53,280 nt of DNA from Escherichia coli (GCF_003334815.1 NZ_QOWO01000028.1); one strand, 5' to 3'; counted from the stretch's first letter, positions 1 through 9,995 are shown. A program made the numbers and translations. Notes: generated by a model not told the origin, from the letters alone.

Positions 1-77
1 CTTTTCAAAAGGGTATTTTGGCTTTGACATATTAGGGGCTATTCCATTTCATCGTCCAACAAAATGGGTGCAGTACA
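1..77 (-). mobile_element. Terminal segment of an IS3-family insertion sequence (IS150-like), truncated by the window edge
   Basis: Reverse complement of 37-77 reads TGTACTGCACCCATTTTGTTGGACGATGAAATGGAATAGCC, which matches my recollection of the IS150 left inverted repeat and has the IS3-family TG terminus. Position about 33 bp upstream of the hokA ATG agrees with the known K-12 hokA/IS150 arrangement. From memory, not verified. Confidence 0.5.
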
Positions 78-109
78 TACTCGTTGGAAATCAACACAGG
101 AGGCTGGGA

Positions 110-262
110 ATGCCGCAGAAATATAGATTACTTTCTTTAATAGTGATTTGTTTCACGCTTTTATTTTTCACCTGGATGATAAGAGATTCACTGTGTGAAT
201 TGCATATTAAACAGGAGAGTTATGAGCTGGCGGCGTTTTTAGCCTGCAAATTGAAAGAGTAA
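110..262 (+). CDS. hokA: Hok-family type I toxin HokA (50 aa)
   Basis: Translation MPQKYRLLSLIVICFTLLFFTWMIRDSLCELHIKQESYELAAFLACKLKE is a typical Hok/Gef peptide. AGGAGG Shine-Dalgarno lies just upstream of the ATG. The track ORF 68-262 is an in-frame GTG extension. Confidence 0.85.
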   Translation: MPQKYRLLSLIVICFTLLFFTWMIRDSLCELHIKQESYELAAFLACKLKE

Positions 263-392
263 GAGTCTTCGGCGGGAAATTATTCCCGCCTTACTTACGG
301 CGTTGCGCATTCTCATTGCACCCAAATTTATTCTTCACAAAAATAATAATAGATTTTATTACGCGATCGATTATTTATTTCCTGAAAACAAA

Positions 393-424
393 TAAAAAAA
401 TCCCCGCCAAATGGCAGGGATCTT
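393..424 (-). terminator. Intrinsic terminator downstream of cspA
   Basis: Minus-strand GC-rich hairpin (ATCCCTGCC...GGCGGGGAT) followed by a run of T, directly 3' of the cspA stop. Confidence 0.6.
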
Positions 425-448
425 AGATTCTGTGCTTTTAAGCAGAGA

Positions 449-661
449 TTACAGGCTGGTTACGTTACCAGCTGCCGGGCCTTTAGCGCCGCTTTCGATG
501 GTGAAGGACACTTTCTGACCTTCGTCCAGAGATTTGTAACCATCGTTCTGGATAGCAGAGAAGTGTACGAACACATCTTTAGAGCCATCGTCAGGAGTGA
601 TGAAGCCGAAGCCTTTGTCAGCGTTGAACCATTTTACGATACCAGTCATTTTACCGGACAT
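449..661 (-). CDS. cspA: Major cold shock protein CspA (70 aa)
   Basis: Translation [70 protein letters not shown] contains the RNP1/RNP2 cold-shock-domain motifs (KGFGFI, VFVHF). Confidence 0.97.
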
Positions 662-820
662 AGTGTATTACCTTTAATAATTAAGTGTGCCTTTCGGCGA
701 TATGGCGTGCTTTACAGATTTTGAAGCGTTAAAGGAATGTGCACTACGAGGGGTATCAACGATAACTCTTGAAGGGACTTGCCTTACTACACTGCTTTAA
801 TGGTCTGTACGTCAAACCGT
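662..820 (-). promoter_or_regulatory. cspA long 5' UTR (cold-responsive leader, about 159 nt)
   Basis: Established knowledge that cspA mRNA has a roughly 159-nt leader acting as an RNA thermosensor; coordinates are inferred from the ATG position, with an AT-rich promoter/UP region beyond it. TSS not determined from sequence. Confidence 0.5.
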
Positions 821-941
821 TGATGTGCATTAAGCCACGCATTGGCGGGTGATGCAACAATTATTTTTCATATTTATGATTAATCGGTTGGAAAACGGTC
901 CTGTCATCAGGACCGTAAACAGCAATAAAGTGGATAAAAGT

Positions 942-1232
942 CTATTCCATCAACTGCTTACTTAATGCCGGGTTGGCTTGAATCAAACGCATCAATTTTA
1001 GTTCGGCACTTGAAGGCTTCACGCGTCTGGATTCCCATTCCTTTACCATGGCGACTGATACGCCCAAAACCCGGGCGAAATCATCGATTTTTAATCCTGT
1101 CCCTTTTCGTAACTGCTCAATTTCGGTACAGGACGTTGTTCTGTGCGTCAGGGTAATTTTCTGCGTTTCATCTTTAAAAACAATCTGTTCCAGGCTGCTC
1201 AACAGCTCATGCATTGGATCTTTATATTCCAT
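942..1232 (-). CDS. yiaG: HTH (XRE-family) transcriptional regulator YiaG (96 aa)
   Basis: 96-aa ORF matching recalled E. coli YiaG; HTH-like segment near the C-terminal half. Confidence 0.88.
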   Translation of the reverse strand: MEYKDPMHELLSSLEQIVFKDETQKITLTHRTTSCTEIEQLRKGTGLKIDDFARVLGVSVAMVKEWESRRVKPSSAELKLMRLIQANPALSKQLME

Positions 1233-1665
1233 TGAAAACTCCTCAAATCACACTGCGGGATCGTGAATTGCATCGAAGCTCATTAAGAATAGTCGGGAAA
1301 AGCAGACACAGCGGGGTGAAGTCAGGGCATGCTCTGGCTATGATTCGATTCAGCCTGTCATTTAGCGTGACTTATAGCCACCTAACGATCTGATAAATGC
1401 CGATATATCTCTTACCACTCCTGTTTTGTAAAGATTTCGAAAATCTAACCTTCTGCGAAGGCGTAAATCTCTGGCTACAAAAAAGGCAACGGCACTATCA
1501 TTTTTTAACAATGAAACAACAAATTAACCTTGTTTCATTTTCTCCATGATTTTACCAGGAAGATTACGTAGAAAGGGTATCCTGCAAGCCTGTCCTGGAC
1601 TATCCTTGTCACGTCAGACACGCGTGTGTCGTTGTGCGCTTTTTTTGGGTGAAAGGAGTAAGAAA

Positions 1666-2376
1666 ATGGCGACAGGAAAGTCCTGCTCTCGCTGGTTTGC
1701 GCCTCTTGCGGCGTTATTAATGGTAGTTAGCCTGAGTGGGTGTTTTGATAAAGAAGGCGATCAGCGTAAAGCGTTTATCGACTTCCTGCAGAATACAGTG
1801 ATGCGTAGCGGTGAACGTCTACCAACCCTGACTGCCGATCAGAAAAAACAGTTTGGTCCTTTTGTCTCTGATTACGCGATTCTGTATGGTTATTCTCAGC
1901 AGGTGAATCAGGCGATGGATTCCGGTCTGCGCCCGGTTGTAGACAGCGTTAACGCAATTCGCGTACCGCAGGATTACGTTACGCAAAGCGGTCCGCTGCG
2001 TGAAATGAACGGTTCGCTGGGTGTGCTGGCGCAACAACTGCAAAATGCGAAGTTGCAGGCCGATGCTGCGCACTCTGCGCTAAAACAGAGCGATGATTTG
2101 AAACCGGTCTTTGATCAGGCATTCACCAAAGTGGTAACGACGCCAGCTGATGCATTGCAACCGTTGATTCCGGCGGCTCAAACTTTCACGCAACAACTGG
2201 TGATGGTTGGAGACTACATTGCTCAGCAAGGTACTCAGGTGAGCTTTGTCGCAAATGGCATCCAGTTCCCGACTTCACAGCAGGCAAGTGAATATAACAA
2301 ACTGATTGCGCCATTACCGGCACAGCATCAGGCGTTTAATCAGGCCTGGACTACAGCAGTTACTGCAACCCAATAA
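1666..2376 (+). CDS. yiaF: Lipoprotein YiaF (236 aa)
   Basis: Start trimmed to MATGKSCSRWFAPLAALLMVVSLSGCF, which has a signal peptide with lipobox LSGC, preceded by AAAGGAG. The track ORF begins 120 nt upstream with no comparable signal. Confidence 0.85.
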   Translation: MATGKSCSRWFAPLAALLMVVSLSGCFDKEGDQRKAFIDFLQNTVMRSGERLPTLTADQKKQFGPFVSDYAILYGYSQQVNQAMDSGLRPVVDSVNAIRVPQDYVTQSGPLREMNGSLGVLAQQLQNAKLQADAAHSALKQSDDLKPVFDQAFTKVVTTPADALQPLIPAAQTFTQQLVMVGDYIAQQGTQVSFVANGIQFPTSQQASEYNKLIAPLPAQHQAFNQAWTTAVTATQ

Positions 2377-2382
2377 AGAGTA

Positions 2383-2407
2383 AAAGCCCGAGCGATTATC
2401 GGGCTTT
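2383..2407. terminator. Hairpin between convergent yiaF and ghrB (likely bidirectional terminator)
   Basis: AAAGCCCG-AGCGATTAT-CGGGCTTT inverted repeat with T-rich flank on the minus strand. Confidence 0.5.
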
Positions 2408-2425
2408 ACTCTACGCAGTCGCGGC

Positions 2426-3400
2426 TTAGTCCGCGACGTGCGGATTCACACAGTTCTTCTCAACCTTTCCTTGTAACGCATCAATCAAATTATCCACGGC
2501 ACAGGCGGCCATGCCATAACGCGTCTCATGGGTGGCAGATCCAATATGCGGTACTGCGACGACGTTGGCCATTGAGAGCAACGGCGAATCTACGGACAGT
2601 GGCTCTTGTTCGAAGACATCCAGCCCGGCAGCGTGAATTTCGCCTTTCTGCAATGCTGCGATCAGTGCATTTTCGTCAACCACCGGGCCACGTCCGGCAT
2701 TAATGAAAATGGCGGAGGATTTCATTTTGGCGAATTGTTCTGCGCCAAACAGATGATGCGTCTCATCAGTTAACGGCAGGATCAGGCAAACGAAATCTGA
2801 CTCTTGTAACAGAGTATCCAAATCGCAGTAGCGGGCGTTGAAGCGTTCTTCTGCTTCTTTATGGTGGCGGCGCGCGTTATAGAGGATGGGCATGTTGAAG
2901 CCAAAGTGCGCACGTTGTGCCAGCGCCATGCCGATCCGTCCCATCCCGACAATGCCCAGTGTTTTATGGTGAACGTCAGTGCCGTACCAGTCCGGGCCTA
3001 TGCTCGCGGTCCATTCGCCTGCTTTTACCCGTTCTGCTACCTCCACAACCCGACGAGCGGTAGACAACACCAGCGCCATCAGCGTATCGGCGACGGTTTC
3101 TGTTAATACGGTTGGCGTGTGCATCAGCAGAATTTTTCGGGCGGTAAGCGCATCGACATCAAAATTGTCATAGCCGACGGAGATCGTTGATGTGGCACGC
3201 AGTTTCGGCATTTTTTCCAGCAATGCGGCATTTACATTCTCGTTTGAACCCAGTAAACCTTCAGCTTCGGCAAAAATTGCTGCATTTTGTTCGACGGTTT
3301 GTGGGCTGAGGTTTGCCACCTGGTGAACGGTGAAATGCTCTTGCAGGCGTTGCAGTAAATCATCAGGTAAGGCTTTGTAGAGGATAACGGACGGCTTCAT
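2426..3400 (-). CDS. ghrB: Glyoxylate/hydroxypyruvate reductase B (2-ketoaldonate reductase), 324 aa
   Basis: D-2-hydroxyacid dehydrogenase family with NAD-binding GxGxxG (GIVGMGRIG); start trimmed to [12 protein letters not shown]. Confidence 0.9.
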   Translation of the reverse strand: MKPSVILYKALPDDLLQRLQEHFTVHQVANLSPQTVEQNAAIFAEAEGLLGSNENVNAALLEKMPKLRATSTISVGYDNFDVDALTARKILLMHTPTVLTETVADTLMALVLSTARRVVEVAERVKAGEWTASIGPDWYGTDVHHKTLGIVGMGRIGMALAQRAHFGFNMPILYNARRHHKEAEERFNARYCDLDTLLQESDFVCLILPLTDETHHLFGAEQFAKMKSSAIFINAGRGPVVDENALIAALQKGEIHAAGLDVFEQEPLSVDSPLLSMANVVAVPHIGSATHETRYGMAACAVDNLIDALQGKVEKNCVNPHVAD

Positions 3401-3503
3401 GCTTCTCTCCATTCACTGATAAGGCGATCACCTTAGCCTGAAATATGATGAAGGAAAACTGAAGAATGCCAGGTGATTTCTGCATCACCTGGCATGAAAG
3501 GGA

Positions 3504-4163
3504 TTACAGCGGGCTTAAGGTAATTTCTACACGGCGGTTTTGCGCCTTACCTTCTGCGGTGCTGTTGCTGGCGATTGGGTTAGCCGGGCCAAGGCCCTGA
3601 GTACGGATGCGGCTGGCGTCCACGCCCTGGGTGATCAACGCGCTGGCAACGGAATCCGCACGTTGCTGGGAGAGACGCATGTTCAGGTCGTGACCACCCG
3701 TGCTGTCGGTATAACCAATCACGTTAACCGCCGTTTTCGGATACTCTTTCAGTACCATTGCCACGCCGGTCAGGGTGTTAGCGCCCGCCGGTTTCAGGGT
3801 CGCGCTGCTGCTGTCGAAGGTCACATTGTTCGGCATATTGAGGATAATGTTATCCCCGCTGCGGGTTACGCTAACACCAGTGCCGCGCATTTTGTCGCGC
3901 AGCTTCGCTTCCTGCACATCCATGTAATAACCAACGCCGCCGCCCAGAGCTGCGCCTGCTGCTGCGCCAATCAGCGCGCCTTTACCGCGATCTTTCTTCG
4001 AAGAAGAGAGCGCACCAATACCCGCGCCCACGAGAGAGCCCAGACCTGCGCCGATAGCAGATTTACCTGCTTCGCGTTCGCCGGTGTAAGGGTTAGTTGT
4101 GCAGCCAGATACCGCCAGAGCGCCACTCACTACGGCGGCAATAAGATAAACACGTTTCTTCAT
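3504..4163 (-). CDS. yiaD: OmpA-domain lipoprotein YiaD (219 aa)
   Basis: Signal peptide with lipobox (AVSGC), Gly/Ala-rich linker and C-terminal OmpA-like peptidoglycan-binding domain. Confidence 0.9.
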   Translation of the reverse strand: MKKRVYLIAAVVSGALAVSGCTTNPYTGEREAGKSAIGAGLGSLVGAGIGALSSSKKDRGKGALIGAAAGAALGGGVGYYMDVQEAKLRDKMRGTGVSVTRSGDNIILNMPNNVTFDSSSATLKPAGANTLTGVAMVLKEYPKTAVNVIGYTDSTGGHDLNMRLSQQRADSVASALITQGVDASRIRTQGLGPANPIASNSTAEGKAQNRRVEITLSPL

Positions 4164-4315
4164 TGTTAATCCTTAATAACCTTTTTATTCTTTGCCACGG
4201 GTTCCGTGGCGGGAGATTATGCCGCGTGAACATGAAGATTATTCCTGGGAATACTCGGAAATTTGTAAGTAATATTTAACTGCTCAATACATCTAACCTT
4301 TCAGGAGTCTTCGGT

Positions 4316-6649
4316 TTGGCCAACTCATCCTCACGATATTCCGTTCTGACTGCCGCCCATTGGGGGCCCATGCTGGTTGAAACCGACGGCGAAACCGTGT
4401 TTAGCTCGCGTGGCGCGTTAGCCACAGGAATGGAAAACTCCTTGCAGAGCGCGGTTCGCGACCAGGTTCACAGCAATACGCGGGTACGATTTCCAATGGT
4501 GCGAAAAGGCTTTCTTGCGTCACCGGAAAACCCGCAAGGCATTCGTGGGCAGGATGAATTTGTTCGCGTGAGTTGGGATGAGGCGCTGGATCTTATTCAC
4601 CAACAACATAAACGCATTCGTGAGGCTTATGGTCCGGCATCGATTTTTGCTGGTTCCTACGGCTGGCGTTCAAACGGCGTGCTGCATAAGGCCTCGACAT
4701 TATTACAACGCTATATGGCGCTGGCAGGCGGTTATACCGGGCATCTGGGGGATTATTCGACCGGCGCGGCACAGGCGATCATGCCGTATGTCGTGGGTGG
4801 TAGTGAAGTTTATCAACAGCAGACCAGTTGGCCGCTGGTGCTGGAACATAGCGATGTCGTGGTGCTGTGGAGTGCTAACCCACTCAATACGCTGAAAATT
4901 GCGTGGAATGCATCCGATGAGCAGGGGCTTTCTTACTTTTCTGCACTGCGTGACAGCGGGAAAAAGCTGATCTGCATTGATCCAATGCGATCGGAAACCG
5001 TCGATTTCTTTGGCGATAAAATGGAGTGGGTGGCACCGCACATGGGCACCGATGTTGCGCTGATGCTGGGGATCGCCCATACGCTGGTGGAAAATGGTTG
5101 GCACGACGAAGCGTTTCTGGCGCGTTGCACCACAGGTTATGCCGTCTTCGCCTCTTATTTGCTGGGCGAGAGTGACGGAATAGCGAAAACCGCCGAATGG
5201 GCAGCAGAGATTTGTGGTGTTGGCGCAGCGAAAATCCGCGAGCTGGCGGCTATTTTCCACCAAAATACCACCATGCTGATGGCAGGCTGGGGAATGCAGC
5301 GCCAACAGTTTGGTGAGCAAAAACACTGGATGATCGTCACGCTGGCAGCAATGTTGGGGCAAATCGGCACACCCGGCGGCGGTTTTGGTCTTTCTTACCA
5401 TTTTGCCAATGGTGGTAACCCCACGCGGCGTTCTGCGGTGCTCTCTTCCATGCAGGGCAGCTTGCCGGGTGGCTGCGATGCGGTGGATAAAATCCCTGTT
5501 GCCCGCATTGTTGAAGCACTGGAAAACCCTGGTGGCGCATATCAACACAACGGTATGAACCGACATTTCCCGGATATTCGTTTTATCTGGTGGGCGGGCG
5601 GTGCCAACTTTACTCATCATCAGGATACCAATCGCCTGATCCGTGCCTGGCAAAAACCGGAGCTGGTGGTGATCTCTGAATGCTTCTGGACGGCGGCGGC
5701 AAAACACGCGGATATCGTTCTGCCTGCGACTACCTCTTTTGAGCGTAATGATCTCACCATGACCGGTGATTACAGTAATCAGCATCTGGTGCCGATGAAG
5801 CAAGTGGTGCCGCCACGCTATGAAGCGCGTAATGATTTTGATGTTTTTGCCGAGTTAAGTGAACGCTGGGAGAAGGGCGGTTATGCACGTTTTACGGAAG
5901 GAAAAAGTGAGCTGCAATGGCTGGAAACGTTTTATAACGTTGCCCGACAGCGCGGGGCAAGCCAGCAGGTTGAATTGCCGCCATTTGCTGAGTTCTGGCA
6001 AGCCAACCAGTTAATTGAGATGCCGGAAAACCCGGACAGCGAGCGGTTTATTCGCTTCGCTGATTTTTGCCGCGATCCGCTGGCGCATCCGTTAAAAACC
6101 GCCAGCGGCAAGATTGAAATCTTCTCACAGCGTATTGCCGATTACGGTTACCCGGATTGCCCTGGGCATCCAATGTGGCTGGAGCCGGACGAATGGCAGG
6201 GCAATGCCGAACCAGAACAGTTGCAGGTACTTTCTGCCCATCCGGCGCACCGCCTGCACAGCCAGCTGAATTACAGTTCTCTGCGCGAATTGTACGCGGT
6301 GGCAAATCGTGAGCCTGTCACCATTCATCCTGACGATGCCCAGGAGCGCGGCATACAAGATGGCGATACTGTTCGGTTGTGGAACGCACGCGGGCAAATT
6401 CTTGCCGGAGCGGTCATTAGCGAGGGAATTAAACCTGGCGTGATTTGCATTCACGAAGGGGCATGGCCGGATCTGGATTTAACCGCTGACGGTATTTGTA
6501 AAAACGGCGCAGTGAACGTGCTGACCAAAGATCTCCCCAGCTCGCGGCTGGGGAATGGCTGTGCGGGTAATACGGCGCTGGCATGGCTGGAAAAATACAA
6601 CGGTCCGGAACTGACACTTACAGCGTTTGAACCACCGGCCAGCTCATAA
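4316..6649 (+). CDS. bisC: Biotin sulfoxide reductase (molybdopterin oxidoreductase), 777 aa
   Basis: 777-aa DMSO-reductase-family molybdoenzyme; size and neighbourhood match bisC. Confidence 0.9.
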
Positions 6650-7058
6650 TCCATGTGGGTAGTTGGGTTTCATCCTGCCATGCGCAATCGACAATGTGAA
6701 AACCCTGTGCCTGGTAAAAATTTATCGCCGGTTGATTTTTTTGATAAACCTCCAGCATCAGGTGGGGATGGCGCTGCTGCACATACTGCATCAGCGCCTT
6801 ACCAATACCGCGCCTGACGGCCTTCGGTGCGACAAACATCGCTGCCAGAAATCGGCCTTCCATAATGCTGACAAAACCGAGAAGCTTACCGTCTTCTTCC
6901 CAGACCCAGTTTTGCGCGTTGGCAAGATAGGCATCCCGCACCAGCGGAATGCAGTCACGCCAGTAATTCGCTTTTATAAAGGGATGCCCCCAGGTTGTAC
7001 TTTCCAGCCACAGTTCGAGGATCGCGGGGAGTTCTGAACGTTGCGCTTCCCGAATCAT
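6618..7058 (-). CDS. yiaC: GNAT-family N-acetyltransferase YiaC (146 aa)
   Basis: GNAT acetyl-CoA-binding motif (RRGIGKALM); 3' end overlaps the bisC 3' end convergently; start overlaps the tag stop (ATGA). Confidence 0.85.
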   Translation of the reverse strand: MIREAQRSELPAILELWLESTTWGHPFIKANYWRDCIPLVRDAYLANAQNWVWEEDGKLLGFVSIMEGRFLAAMFVAPKAVRRGIGKALMQYVQQRHPHLMLEVYQKNQPAINFYQAQGFHIVDCAWQDETQLPTWIMSWPVVQTL

Positions 7059-7618
7059 GGTTTATTTCCCGGATAGCAACAGCAGCCAACCACATGATCA
7101 TTCACCAGCCCACATGCCTGCATAAAGGAGTAACAGATTGTGGTGCCGACAAACTTAAAACCACGTTTTTTCAGTGCCTTAGATAGGGCGTCGGAGGCGG
7201 ACGTAGATGTGGGAATTTCGCTCAACGTTGTGGCTTGTGTCACCTGTGGCTGATGATTTACAAACGACCAGACAAAGTCGACAAACGGTTCGCCGTTCTG
7301 TTCCATTTGCAGGTACGCCCGCGCATTACCAATAATTGCCTGAATTTTCCCTCGATGGCGGATAATCCCGGCGTCCTGTACCAGTCTTTCGACATCCTCT
7401 TCCTGCATTGCTGCGACCTTCACCGGATCGAACTGATGAAAGCAGGCGCGATAGTTTTCGCGTTTTTTGAGGACGGTGATCCACGATAATCCAGCCTGCT
7501 GCCCTTCAAGGCAGATCATTTCGAACAGTTTTTTACTGTCAGTTTCAGGCACGCCCCACTCATTATCATGGTAGGCAATATAAAGCGGGTCCTGACTCAC
7601 CCAGCCGCAACGTTCCAT
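7055..7618 (-). CDS. tag: DNA-3-methyladenine glycosylase I (187 aa)
   Basis: Start trimmed to MERCGWVSQDPLYIAYHDNEWGVPE, the characteristic Tag N-terminus. The track ORF extends 79 codons upstream. Confidence 0.9.
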   Translation of the reverse strand: MERCGWVSQDPLYIAYHDNEWGVPETDSKKLFEMICLEGQQAGLSWITVLKKRENYRACFHQFDPVKVAAMQEEDVERLVQDAGIIRHRGKIQAIIGNARAYLQMEQNGEPFVDFVWSFVNHQPQVTQATTLSEIPTSTSASDALSKALKKRGFKFVGTTICYSFMQACGLVNDHVVGCCCYPGNKP

Positions 7619-7769
7619 ACTTTCCCTCGCTATGTACCCGATCGTAAAAATTTCAGCCGCTTTTCTTGACGCATCGGTGAAAAAGTCAATATTTAATACA
7701 GGGCTACTATGCCCGATATCCTTCATACAATGACAATAATATTGCCGAATTCGGCTCTTCCCTGGAGTC

Positions 7770-8474
7770 GTGTTAATGATCATAAAAAAAAGCGGTGGTC
7801 GCTGGCAGCTAAGCCTGCTGGCGAGCGTGGTAATCAGTGCCTTTTTTCTCAACACAGCTTACGCCTGGCAACAAGAATATATCGTTGATACGCAACCCGG
7901 ACTTTCCACAGAGCGTTACACCTGGGATAGTGATCATCAACCTGATTACAACGATATTTTGTCGCAACGTATTCAAAGTAGCCAAAGGGCGCTGGGACTG
8001 GAAGTCAATCTGGCGGAAGAAACCCCTGTGGATGTGACCAGCAGTATGAGTATGGGCTGGAATTTTCCTTTATATGAACAGGTTACAACCGGCCCGGTCG
8101 CGGCATTACATTACGATGGCACAACCACCTCGATGTATAACGAGTTTGGCGACAGTACTACCACGCTGACCGATCCGTTATGGCATGCCAGCGTGAGTAC
8201 CTTAGGCTGGCGTGTTGACTCCCGGCTTGGCGATCTCCGACCCTGGGCGCAAATCAGCTATAACCAGCAATTTGGCGAGAATATCTGGAAGGCGCAATCA
8301 GGCCTGAGCCGGATGACGGCGACAAACCAGAACGGCAACTGGCTGGATGTCACCGTAGGCGCTGATATGTTGCTCAATCAAAATATTGCCGCCTATGCCG
8401 CGCTAACTCAGGCAGAAAATACCACTAATAATAGCGACTATCTGTATACGATGGGGGTTAGCGCCAGATTTTAA
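7770..8474 (+). CDS. yhjY: YhjY, predicted outer-membrane beta-domain (autotransporter-like) protein
   Basis: N-terminal signal peptide and a C-terminal aromatic residue (terminal F) typical of OM beta-barrels; position between tag and yhjX. Confidence 0.8.
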   Translation: MLMIIKKSGGRWQLSLLASVVISAFFLNTAYAWQQEYIVDTQPGLSTERYTWDSDHQPDYNDILSQRIQSSQRALGLEVNLAEETPVDVTSSMSMGWNFPLYEQVTTGPVAALHYDGTTTSMYNEFGDSTTTLTDPLWHASVSTLGWRVDSRLGDLRPWAQISYNQQFGENIWKAQSGLSRMTATNQNGNWLDVTVGADMLLNQNIAAYAALTQAENTTNNSDYLYTMGVSARF

Positions 8475-8588
8475 CGTAACAGTCACAATTGAAACCATTA
8501 AATAACAATAGTTGTGGCGATAGTGGGTGCTAACTTACCAAATAATAAATTTGGTGAATAATTGTCGCGTCATTCATTCCTGAACTAA

Positions 8589-8619
8589 GGCATTTCATTC
8601 CGTTCTGATGGCATTTCAT
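8589..8619 (+). promoter_or_regulatory. Direct repeat GGCATTTCAT-N11-GGCATTTCAT (YpdB response-regulator binding site of the yhjX promoter)
   Basis: Two perfect 10-bp direct repeats at 8589-8598 and 8610-8619 with an 11-bp spacer, about 85 bp upstream of the yhjX ATG. Matches my recollection of the published YpdB motif. Confidence 0.5.
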
Positions 8620-8702
8620 GCCGTTTTTCCCCAGGCATAAAGTGCACTTCGTTATGGTTGTCGGCAGAGATTTTTCCTTTTTATTACTGCAGGAATACTG
8701 CC

Positions 8703-9911
8703 ATGACACCTTCAAATTATCAGCGTACCCGCTGGCTGACACTCATCGGTACTATCATTACCCAGTTTGCGCTGGGGTCGGTTTATACCTGGAGCCTGTT
8801 TAATGGCGCGCTTTCCGCCAAGCTGGATGCGCCGGTAAGCCAGGTCGCTTTCTCTTTCGGCTTGTTAAGTCTGGGGCTGGCAATTTCGTCTTCTGTTGCG
8901 GGCAAATTACAGGAACGTTTTGGCGTTAAACGCGTCACCATGGCTTCCGGCATTTTGCTGGGATTAGGCTTCTTCCTGACAGCGCATTCTGACAACCTGA
9001 TGATGCTGTGGTTAAGCGCCGGTGTGCTGGTGGGACTGGCAGATGGCGCGGGTTATCTGCTGACGCTCTCTAACTGTGTGAAGTGGTTCCCGGAGCGTAA
9101 AGGTCTGATCTCCGCGTTCGCTATCGGTTCTTATGGTCTGGGTAGCCTGGGTTTCAAATTTATCGACACGCAGCTGCTGGAAACGGTCGGTCTGGAAAAA
9201 ACCTTTGTGATTTGGGGAGCGATTGCGCTGTTGATGATTGTTTTCGGCGCAACGTTAATGAAAGACGCACCAAAACAGGAAGTGAAAACCAGCAATGGTG
9301 TGGTGGAGAAAGATTACACGCTGGCAGAGTCGATGCGTAAACCGCAGTACTGGATGTTAGCGGTAATGTTCCTGACCGCCTGCATGAGCGGCCTGTACGT
9401 GATTGGGGTAGCGAAAGATATCGCCCAAAGTCTGGCACACCTTGATGTGGTTTCCGCAGCCAATGCAGTCACTGTTATTTCCATCGCCAACCTTTCAGGT
9501 CGTCTGGTGCTGGGTATTCTGTCTGACAAAATCGCCCGTATCCGTGTTATTACCATTGGTCAGGTGATATCGCTGGTGGGTATGGCGGCCCTGCTGTTTG
9601 CACCATTGAATGCAGTGACGTTCTTTGCAGCGATTGCCTGCGTGGCATTTAACTTTGGCGGCACTATTACCGTCTTTCCGTCACTGGTCAGTGAGTTCTT
9701 TGGCCTCAATAACCTGGCGAAAAACTACGGTGTGATTTATCTCGGTTTCGGTATCGGTAGCATTTGTGGTTCGATTATCGCCTCACTGTTTGGCGGCTTC
9801 TATGTGACCTTCTACGTGATTTTCGCCCTGCTGATTCTGTCATTGGCGCTTTCTACGACGATTCGTCAGCCAGAGCAGAAAATGTTGCGTGAGGCGCATG
9901 GCTCCCTTTAA
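8703..9911 (+). CDS. yhjX: MFS transporter YhjX (402 aa)
   Basis: Multi-pass membrane protein of the oxalate/formate antiporter-like MFS type; start trimmed to MTPSNYQRTRW. Confidence 0.9.
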   Translation: MTPSNYQRTRWLTLIGTIITQFALGSVYTWSLFNGALSAKLDAPVSQVAFSFGLLSLGLAISSSVAGKLQERFGVKRVTMASGILLGLGFFLTAHSDNLMMLWLSAGVLVGLADGAGYLLTLSNCVKWFPERKGLISAFAIGSYGLGSLGFKFIDTQLLETVGLEKTFVIWGAIALLMIVFGATLMKDAPKQEVKTSNGVVEKDYTLAESMRKPQYWMLAVMFLTACMSGLYVIGVAKDIAQSLAHLDVVSAANAVTVISIANLSGRLVLGILSDKIARIRVITIGQVISLVGMAALLFAPLNAVTFFAAIACVAFNFGGTITVFPSLVSEFFGLNNLAKNYGVIYLGFGIGSICGSIIASLFGGFYVTFYVIFALLILSLALSTTIRQPEQKMLREAHGSL

Positions 9912-9995
9912 TGCTCAGCCGCGAGCTACTGGGCTTCAGCTTCCGTGTGCATCAAACGCATCAACGAAATGTATAAACAATGACTCGTAAAATTT

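Noticed and set aside
1546-2376. Long N-terminal extensions offered by the ORF track (yiaF, and similarly ghrB, tag, yhjX, eptB, yhjV, bcsA, bcsB, bcsZ, kdgK, pdeH, yhjG, yhjC)
   Set aside because: Upstream in-frame sequence lacks an RBS and does not match the recognisable protein N-termini; starts were trimmed to the internal ATG with SD and signal-peptide or family-consistent N-terminus.
4703-5803. 366-aa ORF antisense to bisC, plus shorter antisense ORFs at 4933-5133, 5155-5370 and 6125-6454
   Set aside because: Lies entirely inside the well-supported bisC gene on the opposite strand. No RBS, Arg/Cys/His-rich low-complexity translation typical of stop-poor antisense frames in GC-rich coding DNA.
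8530-8742. 70-aa minus-strand ORF in the yhjY-yhjX intergenic region
   Set aside because: Overlaps the yhjX promoter and the YpdB repeats, and runs antisense into the yhjX start; no RBS.
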